A stretch of 64,000 nt of DNA. Origin: Tubiluchus corallicola (taxonomy: Eukaryota > Animalia > Priapulida). The stretch covers positions 35,130 to 99,129 of the forward strand of contig JAQGDQ010000768.1 in assembly GCA_030141605.1 (NCBI GenBank). Direction: 5' to 3'. Made by a program: the position numbers and the translations under genes. Position 1 is the stretch's first letter. The number at the start of each line of letters is the position of its first letter. Under the pieces are notes generated by a model. That model did not search any database and was not told the DNA's origin. It saw nothing but the letters and a program-made list of their open reading frames with translations. This document shows positions 1-12,537 of the stretch, in pieces.

Positions 1-32
1 TGCTCTCCTTGCGATTAAATTTCCTCAGCAAC

Positions 33-74
<42 letters not shown>

Positions 75-376
75 GAGTGTTTCTTCCATGGTTTTTCACG
101 TCTGTGCATGCATGCGATTTAAATACATGACGCCACATTCTGGCATTCTATGTGATTAATTTTATGTAATGCAGCGGCAGCGGCGGTGACTAATTTTACT
201 CTATGTTACCACCATTCTAAAGAATGCCAGCACTGCAAAACATGTGTTAGAAGTTAACATAACAGAAAATAAGTTAACAATCTAATGTAACTTACAGAAA
301 GAGTATCATGAGAAAACTGAGGAAGTTACTGTCTAAAGCAAAGCGATTCTTTAAATCAAGCGTATTTTATTTTCAG

Positions 377-813
377 GTTACGATCGAAATGGATTCGTAA
401 GCCCTCTCTTCAAAAGGTTTGTTGAGGGACGTCTGACAGGCGACTTGAAAAACGCTGGCTTTTATGTCTACGAACCGTTTGCACGCACACCACAAGTTTT
501 CCAACAACCGCCGCTAGGAGGCGGTCACATGCTGCAGCCAAGATTTCCGCCAGTACCCCTTGAATCACGAATTTATAACACACTGGGCGACACCGAAGAA
601 GCACAGCGACTTACTGTACCGTCGAAAAAGAAATTACAACAATTTACACGGCAGAGAAACTCCATTTTACAACGCCAGGGACGCTTGATGTGGCTGCAAC
701 CAAACCACGCGCAGCAGATGGGGCTAATGAGAGATTCAGTGCTGAATCGTCATAGACTTTTAGCACCTTATTTTGCGAATTTGTTATGGGGACCGTACCC
801 TAGATACTTTTAG
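377..813 (+). CDS. Terminal coding exon of an orphan putative secreted protein (left-arm copy; upstream exon outside window)
   Basis: Acceptor ttttattttcag at 365-376. Phase-1 open frame YDRNGFVSPLFKRFVEG...GPYPRYF* with higher GC than the flanks. AATAAA motifs at about 894 and 918. Confidence 0.65.
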
Positions 814-2689
814 TTTGTTATGGCGGCCATGCCCTGGATACTTTTAGTTTATTTGCTTATTAACTCGCTTGTTTTCTTGTTTATTTATTACAAAATAAAT
901 TATTAATTTTATCTCTAAATAAACTTTAAAATTATTTTAATAAAAAATTTATTATTATTATTATTTTTATTATTATTATTATCATCATCATAATCATTAT
1001 TATTATTATTGTTATTATTATTATTATTATTGACAAGACTAAGCATTTTGTTCAATATAATAATTATTTACGATGCAGAAATATTATTTCAGTTCACACA
1101 CGAATTGATATTAATGCAGATTCCAGTCCTGCTGCACCAATGCTGTTAGTGAACTTACAGAAGAGCGCTGACTCAGTTTGGAGGGTTGGAAAGCGGTGTG
1201 CAAAACTCTATAAAGGCTGCTCTGCGCGTGTTGATCCATAAATTAGGGATAGTTTTCAAACCTTGCATGGAATGCACCATGGTAGCAAAATCTAGCACCA
1301 AATTAATGCGGAAAGAAATTAATTTATAACGCACCCTTAGCTCTCAAGTGCACAGGAGTAGTTCCCCTGTGACAATGTTAATAGCGTCCTATTCCAATAA
1401 ATTCTTTGTTGCTTGCTTACAAAAAATGTACATGTAAAATAATTGCATACAACGTATAATGACTTTAATAAAACGGTAATGTACGTAACTGTTTGCCAAA
1501 AAATGTTTGCTAGATTGCTGAAACTCTTTTCTCGGATTTGGGTTTTGGCTTGGGGTTTTTTTTAGGTTGTGCTGAATGTGCTGGTTAAGGCCAACTTCAC
1601 AGTGACGAAGAGCAGCAACATTCCTCCAGGAAGAAGTCCTTACGGCATTCCTCATGAAAATGGAACACATTGTTTTCTATGGCGCATTTTACATAGACGC
1701 CTCATGAGGCATTTCTCTTGAGGAATTCTGCTGACTGCTAGAAGCTATGCGTCCTCCTCACGAGGATTTTTGGTGCTTTGTAGAAGTACAGCATGTTCCA
1801 CTTTCGTGAGGATTTCTCAATATTAACATCTAATTACTCAATTAATTATTTCTATGTTAACGAATAACAATTAACATAACTCAGTAAAAAATTGCCATTT
1901 TTGTTTTACTAATGCAATAGCGACGACTATATTCATGAAAAGAAACATAAAGCACGCATGTGCTTATTTTATATAAGTAGCTCTCAAATTTCGAAGTGGT
2001 AAAAACAAAAAAACAGTCTGATACTACAATGAATTATCAAAATTTAATGTACTTTGTATATGGTAAACCTGTGCAGCAGCTGAAAGAGTCGCCCGGATGC
2101 ATGTAAAAACTGTGCAGTTTCAGTGTTAAATGACCTTTCTTGCTGCTTATATTTGCTTACATCCTTACGCCATTTTCCCTGCATTCTCACTGTGGACAAG
2201 GGCTTATGGTGCCGAATGTTCACAGAGGATGGCTTAGTTCTTCGTACAATGACATGCGGTGGGGGAAAGTGACTGAGGTCATTTTGACAGTTATTCCGTT
2301 TGTAAAAAAACGTGTTTGTAATAAAAAAACGCACAATAATTATGTTTTACACCATTCATTCTCTAGTTCAGCCGTTTAGAAACAATCTCATTTGTTCAAC
2401 TTGAAAAACTGTGTAGAAAGACACATAAGTATGTTAAACAGGGTAGGTCCTCTTGCTAGGTGGGTACAAGACAATGGGTAATAGTTTGGTCTAGTTTAGT
2501 TTAGTTCATTTGAAACCCAATAAAATAATACAATAAAATAAACAAGAATACTAAATTTGTAAAAAAAAAAGTTAATAGGGTGTGGAAGATACGCTGCTTA
2601 AGTATGCCTTATAATGTGATCCCTAACCCTTACACTAACCCGATACTACAGATTATTCTAAGTAAAGTAAAGTAAAATACAGATTTAAA

Positions 2690-3100
2690 TACAAGGTGTT
2701 TACACGTTTCCGAAATAATTTGGCATTCATTGCAGTGACGAAAGGATGTTCATTTATATGTGATGGTAGAGAATTCAGTATTTGCACTATGCAATTTGAG
2801 AAGAAATGAGCAAAACTAGTTTTGGAATATTGAGGATTATTCCACCTAGTGTTAAAGTTATTGCATGATCAAAAATACGTCAGTGTCTAAATCCACTTCT
2901 TTGTTATATTCTAATAAAATTGTAAAACACGTGTAGATCATTTTAGATGTCTGTTCAAGAGATTCTAAGGCTAGTAATATTTTAAGTCTCTCAGGGTAAA
3001 ATACCGGAGTAGTAACATGATCCTATGATCGTTCAGCACATCTTGTAGCTGTTTTACAAGGCTGTGAATACCAGTTAGTGATATCTTTCAAGGGTCTTTC
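2690..3100 (-). mobile_element. Decayed CR1/L2-type LINE 3' fragment
   Basis: Minus strand gives ERLKILLALESLE and FFSNCIVQILNSLP...AKLFRKRV, matching the ORF2 C-terminal motifs of the CR1 group. Mirror at about 50287-50697. Boundaries approximate. Confidence 0.6.
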
Positions 3101-4278
3101 AATGATAGCTCCTGTGTGTTTGGCACGTTGGTAACAAGAGAATTCCTATGCCATTTTATACGATCGGAAAAATCAATCACAAAGCTTTTTGGTCACTGTT
3201 CTGATCATAATCTTCAATACTTCAGGTTGTGGAGGATGCTAGAGGCTTCCACACTGAGGCATAAGCACGGTATATTCAAAATTGTTCATTTGTGCCAAGA
3301 TTCACTTGGTCGTGCAAATAGGGTCAAACTTTATCAATATAAGAAGTTATGGAAGATTTACCGTATTGCCAACTTAATTATTGTCGAAAACTCTGTTACT
3401 GGTATTCCGCGAATATAATTTCTGTTTCTCGTTTTATGGTTTTAGCGACGCGTATCTAACTAAAATTTTACTGAATAATTGGTCAAAATAGCACTATAGT
3501 TTGTTGGTGGAAAAATTCTTTGAGCGATATGAAATGATTTGCAAACTTACCGCATGCAGTGAATGAGAGATTCACACAACACACTTTGAGACAGGTGACG
3601 AATCTTTATTACCCCCATGCTTTCGACCTGATTACAGACACATAGGTTAAGTTCATTGCTTCTATCTAGCAAATCAGTAATAATTGATTGCGGTATAATA
3701 GAGAGTAGGGCTTTTTTGATATAATTATATCTGCTGTTATTAATAATAATAATCTTATTTATCTTTTAACACACGCACAGTTATAATACAATTAATTTGG
3801 CAACAAAAATGTGAAGAAAGGGCAGCGAAAGACCAATTGGTCGTCTAGTCAGCTGCCCTTTGGTTGGTGATGAACATTTTTTATAGGCGCTATGCTACAG
3901 TGTATTAGTGTTAGTACTGCTTATAATAAAAACTAAATTGTTACGAATGACATTAAATTGATATGCTTATAACGTGTTAGTACATTATTGAATTTCTTTC
4001 ATACGAAATTGATTTGGCTTTGCTTGCAGAAACTTGCTGGCCATAGAATTTTCATCGTGGCAAATTTTATTCAGCTTTTTTGGTTGACTGAGTTGGCTCA
4101 CCAGTATCCATGTAAAATATCCTTAACTTTACATTGTTGTTGACATTTTTTTGCTGCTTCAAACACATGATTTATTGGAAGAGCATGTTGTACAATTAAC
4201 AATGCTGAAATAATAAATATAATTAGTAATTTGTAGTTTACCAGAACTTGATTTCTCTGTGATATGAAAAGAGTAGCC

Positions 4279-5641
4279 TAGGGATGCACCAAATACCAGG
4301 AATATCAGTAAAAATCTGGGAATAGTTTGATGGTATACCGCAGTTACTTTTTTTGATAATTGGCATTGAAAATTGTGTTAGGCAAACTGAATTTTCGCCT
4401 AACATTTACAGAATTCATCTGAAAAAAGCTAATGGTAAACAGCAAACACGACACAACAGCTGGCATTTTGCTTTCTGTTTCTGTATGATGATAACTTAGC
4501 TTATGACAACCTGCAATAGCGTGGCCAACTGGCTTGATTTTTATTATTTGTACCGAATGGTTTGAATTGCTTTTGACATAATTAGGGCTGTTTTTAAATT
4601 CATAATACTTTATTACAATAGCCATCAGATAGGAGCAGAAATTTAGTACAGCCTCGTTATCTCGCCCCTCGTTATGCCGCCAAACTCGTCTCTCGCCATA
4701 GAAAGTACCAAGACGGATTTCCTGCTGTGATATTTACCTCGTTAAGTCGCCACCCTCGCTTCTCGCCCTCGCCACGTCATGCTAGGATGAGTGCTTATGT
4801 AAACTATATTCGTTATGTCGCCAAACAGACAAACTCAGAGGTGAATCGATCAATGCATATACCGCGTGTCGATCAATGTAACCGCGGTATGTAGACAATG
4901 CTGCTGTACTCGATAGACAGACATAATTAATCTAGTGTGCGTCTCACCAGGATTAGATTAGGAGTGCTGTGGTTGGTTAATGCGCAGAGAAACTAAAGCG
5001 TCACCGATATCCTTACTCTATAACACCAAAGCTGCGTTTAAGTTTGAGTTTCCACAAAGTGCGAGCAACTTTACATGATGTCTCTGAAGCGAAAACTGTT
5101 TTGTCTCAATCCTTGCATTTAAGTGTATACTCGAAAAAGGTTTTTTAAATAAAAAAGTAACATTCTAAGATTATTTTTATGACATTTTTTCATTTCTGAT
5201 TTAATGTTGATTGGTATCATAATGCGAAATATATTTTATATGTACATAGAGGAACACTATGTTAATCAACTATTATGTATACACATATAGACTAACTTCG
5301 TTATATTCCCGTTATCTCGCCTCTCGCCAAAAATTTGCCCTAGACGGACAGTGGCGAGGTAACGAGACTAGACTGTAATTAGAACAATTTTTGCACAGCT
5401 CATTAGATTTTTGTAATCTTTTCCAGTTGAAATGTTTGGATTTTGCACAAGAAAATTCGGTTCAGTTTCAGTAAGAAATTCGGCTCTGCTTAGTTCTGAT
5501 GTTACTTTAACTTCATATTTTATTTGGAATTCGGTTTAATATGCTGTCCGATTATTCGGTTGAACAACGGCTCGGTGACAACTAAGCGCAAACAATTGGC
5601 TTCAGTTTGGTTGACGAACGTGTACCTTCAGTGCACCCCTA
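4279..5641. mobile_element. Older hAT-like MITE with a nested insertion
   Basis: Termini tagggatgcac / gtgcaccccta, a degenerate 8-bp TSD (gagtagcc/gagttgac) and repeated ttcgg subterminal motifs. Mirror at 47746-49108. Confidence 0.55.
4649..5375. mobile_element. Tc1/mariner (Tigger/pogo-like) MITE
   Basis: TA|cagcctcgttatctcgcc ... ggcgaggtaacgagactagactg|TA. Mirror at 48012-48738. Confidence 0.75.
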
Positions 5642-5697
5642 GAGTTGACCATCGTACATTCTTGATGTCATAATTATTTCAGTTTAAATATATTCTT

Positions 5698-6130
5698 GTG
5701 GGCTTTTCTCTGTTCAAATACACAAGATATTCAGTCGAACACTATGTACTCCCTCTTCCAAAAACAAATATAATGAAACAGTCATCAAAATATAATGCTA
5801 TTAAAATATGGTCATCAATTCTGCATGAAATGAAAACTCTTAATCTTTATCAATTTAAAAAAGCATCAAAAAATTACTTACTAGAACGGTATGATTAACT
5901 CACAATTTTACTCATCCTGATCTTAAGTTACTAACAAAACTTATTTTGTTCTAATGTACGTTATAACTGATGAAAATGTAATGTTAATTGTCAGCTGTTT
6001 CACTTATTTGGAGGAAGACTCGAAAGCTCAATGCTCCTTTCCCCTCCTCACAGTAACTCGCATAGTTTATTTTTTTTTCTTCAATGTTATATCAATTTAT
6101 ATGTATGTTTGAGTTGCTGTGGAATAAATT
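5698..6130 (+). mobile_element. L2/CR1-type LINE 3' fragment
   Basis: PKTNIMKQSSKYNAIKIWSSILHEMK...FKKASKNYLL resembles the ORF2 C-terminus, followed by a 3'UTR-like tail. Mirror at 47257-47689. Confidence 0.6.
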
Positions 6131-6223
6131 CATAATTCGTTTATAATTTCCTACAGCTACAAGCGTGTGCATCTTTACATAAATTTGTTTTTTTATTTCA
6201 GTGCTAGAATTCTTTCTGTTGTA

Positions 6224-6370
6224 ATGTCTACTGCTGGCGTATCCGAATATTGGCTCATCAGTGCACCTGGTGAGAAAACTTGTCAGCAAACCTGGGATAC
6301 CCTGAACAATGCCACAACTAAACCGACCGTTCTTTCTACCAATTTCAAGTTTCATATTCCAGATTTAAAG
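6224..6370 (+). CDS. ATP6V1C: V-type proton ATPase subunit C, coding exon 1
   Basis: [49 protein letters not shown] is the characteristic subunit C N-terminus. Acceptor AG at 6200-6201 implies an upstream non-coding exon. Donor gtatgc at 6371. Confidence 0.96.
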
Positions 6371-6496
6371 GTATGCAGCTCATGTGTAATGCTTTTTAAA
6401 CCTTTCTTTGTTAACATGGCTCTGTGACCGGTAGGGGTGAGCATTCTTCTGTAAGAAAACGTATTCAAATCGAATTGAATTTGTGACTTTCGAACT

Positions 6497-7936
6497 CGAA
6501 TCAAATGAATTTCAGGATTTTTGAATAGGAATCCAATTCGAATCAAATGAATTTCAGGATTTTTGAATAGGAATGCAATTCGAATCAAATGAATTTCAGG
6601 ATTTTTGAATAGGAATCCAATTCGAATCAAATGAGTTTCAGGATTTTTGAATAGGAATCGAATTCGAATCAAATGAGTTTCAGGATTTTTGAATAGGAAT
6701 CGAATTTGAATCAAATGAATTTCAGGATTTTTGAATAGGAATCTAATTCGAATCAAATGAATTTCAGGATTTTTGAATAGGAATCGAATTCGAATCAAAT
6801 GAGTTTCAGGATTTTTGATGAATTTCAGGATTTTTGAATAGGAATCCAATTCGAATCAAATGAATTTCAGGATTTTTGAATAGGAATCGAATTCGAATCA
6901 AATGAATTTCAGGATTTTTGAATAGGAATCGAATTCGAATCAAATGAGTTTCAGGATTTTTGAATAGGAATCGAATTCGAATCAAATGAGTTTCAGGATT
7001 TTTGAATAGGAATCCAATTCGAATCAAATGAATTTCAGGATTTTTGAATAGGAATCGAATTCGAATCAAATGAATTTCAGGATTTTTGAATAGGAATCGA
7101 ATTCGAATCAAATGAATTTCAGGATTTTTGAATAGGAATCGAATTCGAATCAAATGAATTTCAGGATTTTTGAATAGGAATCGAATTCGAATCAAATGAA
7201 TTTCAGGATTTTTGAATACGAATCCAATTCGAATCAAATGAATTTCAGGATTTTTGAATAGGAATGCAATTCGAATCAAATGAGTTTCAGGATTTTTGAA
7301 TAGGAATCCGATTCGAATCAAATGAGTTTCAGGATTTTTGAATAGGAATCGAATTCGAATCAAATGAATTTCAGGATTTTTGAATAGGAATCCAATTCGA
7401 ATCAAATGAATTTCAGGATTTTTGAATAGGAATCGAATTCGAATCAAATGAATTTCAGGATTTTTGAATAGGAATGCAATTCGAATCAAATGAATTTCAG
7501 GATTTTTGAATAGGAATCGAATTCGAATCAAATGAGTTTCACGATTTTTGAATAGGAATCCAATTCGAATCAAATGAATTTCAGGATTTTTGAATAGGAA
7601 TCGAATTCGAATCAAATGAGTTTCAGGATTTTTGAATAGGGATCGAATTCGAATCAAATGAATTTCACGATTTTTGAATAGGAATCCAATTCGAATCAAA
7701 TGAATTTCAGGATTTTTGAATAGGAATCGAATACGAATCAAATGAATTTCAGGATTTTTGAATACGAATCCAATTCGAATCAAATGAATTTCAGGATTTT
7801 TGAATAGGAATGCAATTCGAATCAAATGAGTTTCAGGATTTTTGAATAGGAATCCGATTCGAATCAAATGAGTTTCAGGATTTTTGAATAGGAATCGAAT
7901 TCGAATCAAATGAATTTCAGGATTTTTGAATAGGAA
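6497..7936. repeat. 42-bp minisatellite, about 34 copies
   Basis: Unit cgaatcaaatgaatttcaggatttttgaataggaatcgaatt. Mirror at 45451-46890. Confidence 0.95.
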
Positions 7937-8173
7937 TTATTAATAATTATTTGTGCACAGAAACTGCAGCTAAACTGTGTTGATTGCACAAAGTTTTAAA
8001 CATTTTATTGATAAGAACATAAGTAGTCAAAGTGATGAATTATTCAAATGTATAATTTTAAGTTTGAATCGAATGTCCACTTCTAATAGGCAGTAGTATT
8101 GGCAATTGGCCAATTTCAAGGGTCCATCGTCGACCTTGAAAAATAATCAATGATCGGCTAATGATTGATTATA

Positions 8174-8258
8174 ATATTTGGTACTGTTGTATGTAATATT
8201 TGGTACTGTTGTATGTAATATTTGGTACTGTTGTATGTAATATTTGGTACTGTTGTAT
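8174..8258. repeat. 22-bp tandem repeat, about 4 copies
   Basis: Unit aatatttggtactgttgtatgt. Confidence 0.9.
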
Positions 8259-8373
8259 CCATTACTTTACCTCTAGTTTAGTTTTACGTCTTCACGCTGC
8301 CCACGTATCAAATCACAAAAGAGAGTGATAAAGTTTGTAAAATCCTACCATTTTTTCTGCATTATAAGTAATA

Positions 8374-8899
8374 CAGGGATGAGAATTTTCCGCGGATACG
8401 CTGAATTCCGAGTTTTTGGAAGACCAGTAGTGCCATTTTTGTAAATCGCGTAAGTTCGTTGAGAAAATTTTCATGGACCCGGTACATTATTTCACAAGCT
8501 GACTGCTAGTTGGCAGGCCGTCACTTTGTTTACATCACGTACATCAGTGTAACCACGTGTAAATCTCTATGTATAAAAATATAGAATCAATTGTGCAGAG
8601 TTATTTGAGTCAATTGCAGACAGTTTTTATATACTTTTGCATAGGAGCGGCCAGTACTTAGGCATTTTTGAGACAATGTAGGTATCATGTATCCTTGATA
8701 GTTGGATATTTTAAATTATGCATGAAACAAGGTAATTGATATTTTAAGTCCACTTAGAGGCTCTCTGTGGTCACAAAATTGCAATTTGTTGCTGGCTACA
8801 ACGGGGGCTTTGCTCCCTTGAACCCCCATGGGGGCCTACACGACCCTCAAACCCCCGGACTGTTTCAGAGTTTTTTGCAATTTGTCATTCTCATCCCTG
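8374..8899. mobile_element. hAT-like MITE with 6-bp TSD
   Basis: Perfect 13-bp TIR cagggatgagaat/attctcatccctg, flanked by gtaata on both sides. Mirror at 44488-45013. Confidence 0.8.
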
Positions 8900-9767
8900 G
8901 TAATATTTAAACTATTGTATAGGTTTTGGTCAGTTGCTAAGTCTGGTAAGTAATTTAATGAGTGAGTCAAGAGCAATCACAAGGGATTGGGCTGTTTTTC
9001 AGTTTTTGAACCTAACCTGTGATAGCAGCCGAGAGAGGGCATGTTCCCGTCTAGAGCCTATTTGTTTCATCTAGTTAATTCAACACACTTTTGTTCCTGG
9101 ATTTTTCTTCAGCTACAAGACACTTACACTCTTTTTTATAGTTTTACGTAAATTGTAATTTATTCTCACGTCTATTACACCAGTACAAAACATACACGAA
9201 ATTAATATTATAATACAAGTGAAGGATTTTAGGTTGTACTTCAGTGTTCTTTCATTCTGTAACCCCCCCCCCCCCTATACTGTCCATTTTAACTGCATTC
9301 ATGTATGTATGTCTTGACTTGGCTTCTTTCTGTCATGCTTTACTGACAAAGCTAGTTTACCTGGCTAGATGGCAGTCTGTTCTTGGCTAAGAAAGTTGTT
9401 GTTGTTTGTCTCAGTTAAATCATTTATTTGTCAAGAGTAGTAGAGCCATAGTGTAAGTTTATTTTGATTATTCAGTCTCACTTTATTATTAATTTCTTTG
9501 TTTTCTTTTTGGCTCAAATTAGTTTGTTAGATTTTGTTATGATTTTTCTTACAGATAAAACGTAATAAAGCTACTCAAACATGAATTTTTTGACTTTGGG
9601 CATCATGAAGTAGTAGTCTCTCACAATACAAAATGATCAAATAATTAGCATGATTAGCATAATTAGCATGGGCCACCTGTCGTACTACAGAAAGCTAAAG
9701 AAGCTGTCAGCTTGGAAAGGCTTTCAGGACGTGAAAAAAGAGAGTCCGGTTATAGTTTGTACTACTT

Positions 9768-10267
9768 TCTTCTTCTTCTTCCCAGCTTTTCCCTACTCGG
9801 GGTCACCGTTGTGAATGAGTCTTCTCCACGCATTCCTGTTGTTGACCATCTCTTCATTTATGTCTTCCCTTCCCACATGATCTTCACCGACTCTTCTTTT
9901 CATGTGTCCGTACCATCGCAGTCTTGCGAGGCTTCCACTACTTTTACAGCTCCTCTGATATTACTGTTTCTAATTTTATCTCTTCTTGTTATTCCCACCA
10001 TCCATCTCAACATCCTCATCTCCACCACACCCAATTTCTTCTCTTCGGTCTTCTTTAGAGAAGCTGCTTCCAGCCCATAGATTAGAGCGGGTCTGACCAC
10101 TTCTTCGTGGACTTTACCTTTAAGTCTCACAGACTCATTCATAGAACGTTTTGGCGCAGTTTTTACAGGCGGATGCCCTTCCTGACCCTAACCCTCCCTA
10201 TTTATCCGGGCTTGGCACCGGCACTGAGTTGGGCTGACTTCCCCCCCCCCCCCCCAGTGGCTATGTT
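9768..10267 (-). mobile_element. RTE-clade LINE-derived short insertion
   Basis: Minus-strand remnant VRPALIYGLEA...EMRMLRWMVGITRRDKIRNSNIRG, a (GAA)n tail, and a 12-bp TSD tttgtactactt (9756-9767 / 10268-10279). Mirror at 43119-43619. Confidence 0.85.
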
Positions 10268-10393
10268 TTTGTACTACTTACTATTACTTTTATTAATAAG
10301 TGCAAAAAAAATTGTGCACCCCCAGTGCTGTAGGTGTTAAATGTAAGTAAAACATTTTCATCATTTGCACTTTCATTTTCTTTCATTTTGCAG

Positions 10394-10461
10394 GTTGGTA
10401 CACTTGATCAGCTAGTGGGTTTGTCCGATGACTTAGCCAAACTTGACGTGTATGTGGAAGG
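10394..10461 (+). CDS. ATP6V1C: V-ATPase subunit C, coding exon 2 (68 nt)
   Basis: ttttgcag|VGTLDQLVGLSDDLAKLDVYVEG|gtaag. Confidence 0.96.
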
Positions 10462-10708
10462 GTAAGAGATTCCTCGCTTTGATCTTGGCTTATTTTAGTA
10501 AAAATTCTTTCATTTTCTTGTTGCATCAGGTTTCCGCATCCTTTTCGGGGATGCGATACTCTTCATTTAAATTTCGTGTTTATTTTCCTGCGTTTTTATA
10601 ACTGGCCATAATTTTGTCCACGGGAATGAATAAGTTGTCTGTATGGAGTGTATTCCTGCTTTTTTTAGCTAAGTAGATTAGATTGTAAGATTTGATTAGA
10701 TTTTAGAT

Positions 10709-11208
10709 CAGGGGTGTGCAAATTGCGGCACGCGGGCCACTCTCAGCCCGCCGAGAGAATTTGTGCGGCCCGGGAAGAGATTTGTCAACCTAATGAAAGT
10801 GCGGCCCGGGCGATTAATTGAGTGTATCCAGCTAAAGTCCGTGCCATGATCCCAAAGATAGTGCGGGTAGTTTTTTCTACTAGATCGGATGCCATTAACC
10901 CTTACAAGACGGTTGTGGCTTAAAGTCACTGTACTACACAGACTGTGTGATACACATTAGTAATATGCATTGTAATGAAATTACCACTATCTGTCCTGAA
11001 AGTAGAAATATATGGTTTGTAATATAAATTTTAATAACTTCTAAAATAATTTCTTGGGTGCAGTAGTAATGATGTACGTAGGTCGGATGCAAAAAAATCG
11101 TTATTAGGACTTTCTGTACTTGGCTCCTTGATCAAACTGCCTGTGGCCCGCAGGAATTGCGGGAAAGTTTAATGTGGCCCGGCTAGTCAGATAATTTGCA
11201 CACCCCTG
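10709..11208. mobile_element. hAT (Charlie-like) MITE, family A
   Basis: TIR caggggtgtgcaaatt/aatttgcacacccctg with perfect 8-bp TSD ttttagat. Mirror at 42178-42677. Confidence 0.9.
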
Positions 11209-11456
11209 TTTTAGATTCTGAAAAATTTATCCGTTCCACGTATATCAAAACAAACGTACAAGTATGTGACAGTATAGAAATATAATAGTTGACACCGTGT
11301 ATAGAAGATTTGTACAGGGCAAGTTATACAAACCTGTGTGATACAAAAAATAGAGGATAAAAATGAAGTATGTTAACATGTGTTGCATAGATTTCAAGAT
11401 TTGTTTAACCAACAAAATAATGAGTTGACCATGTACTAAGTATATAAGATTGTTAC

Positions 11457-11459
<3 letters not shown>

Positions 11460-11487
<28 letters not shown>

Positions 11488-11512
11488 GCTGTTGTTGTTG
11501 TTATTATTATTA

Positions 11513-11588
<76 letters not shown>

Positions 11589-11590
11589 GT

Positions 11591-11624
<34 letters not shown>

Positions 11625-11629
11625 GTTAA

Positions 11630-11660
<31 letters not shown>

Positions 11661-11665
11661 GCTAA

Positions 11666-11705
<40 letters not shown>

Positions 11706-11774
11706 GTTAATGTTATTATTATTATTATTATTATTATCATTATTATTATTGTTATTATTTTTAAGTATTATTAT
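11460..11774. repeat. (ATT)n microsatellite
   Basis: Direct reading. Mirror at about 41612-41926. Confidence 0.95.
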
Positions 11775-12451
11775 TTGAAGAATCATGTTTATAATGAGGT
11801 ATATTATGCACTCATATATATTTTATGAGGGATAATCTTTTCATTTTTATCTTATGCTGTGAGAAGTTTAGAAATTTGTTAGAAGTACATTGCAAATTGA
11901 TCATCTTGTGTATGTACTACGTACTCTATAAATAACTTGAAAAGAAATCTTAAAAGTGAAATCTTTTCTAATTATACAGAATAAATCAATTTGATTAATT
12001 ACGCTGCTGTCCCTGTCGGAATCCATCACATTGCTGGCTATGTCAATTTTTACATTTCTATAGTCCACGTTACTTCATACAGATACCATCACATCTTTCT
12101 CCTCTTTCCATTCCCTATTAACCTTTCTTTCTACTCCTTTACTGCTCTTTTCTATTACACTCAGTCCACATTCATTTAGGGTGCTCTAAACAAGTAAATA
12201 CTTCTTCCCACGGGTCATTTGCGGCTTGGCATCTTGTGTACATAATAATATGTTATTAAATACTTTTATGTACAATGCTGTAATGATCGTTGTTGATATA
12301 TTTAATAAAAAAATAAAATAAAATAACTATGTAAAGTGGTGTAAAAAATATTTTGTATTTTTGTTATTATTTTTCCGTACTCATTGTTCTAAACAATGTC
12401 ATTTTTGGTTATTTTTATTTATGTTCGTGTTGATTTGTTTGTTTATCTTAG

Positions 12452-12537
12452 TGTTTCTCACAAGATTGCCCAGTATCTTGGCGACGTGTTAGAAGATCAA
12501 AAGGACAAGTTGTCGGAAAACTTGCAGGCTAATGGCG
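12452..12537 (+). CDS. ATP6V1C: V-ATPase subunit C, coding exon 3 (86 nt)
   Basis: tcttag|VSHKIAQYLGDVLEDQKDKLSENLQANG|gtaag; phase compatible with exon 2. Confidence 0.96.

Noticed and set aside
3446-3594. Candidate 5' non-coding exon of V-ATPase C (ttttag|...acag|gtgac)
   Set aside because: The splice-like signals are plausible but weak, and cannot be supported without transcripts.
6352-7909. 367-aa and 165-aa ORFs (FKNPEIHLIRIRFL repeats) and their mirrors at 45478-47035
   Set aside because: Translation of a 42-bp intronic minisatellite on the antisense strand; no coding signals.
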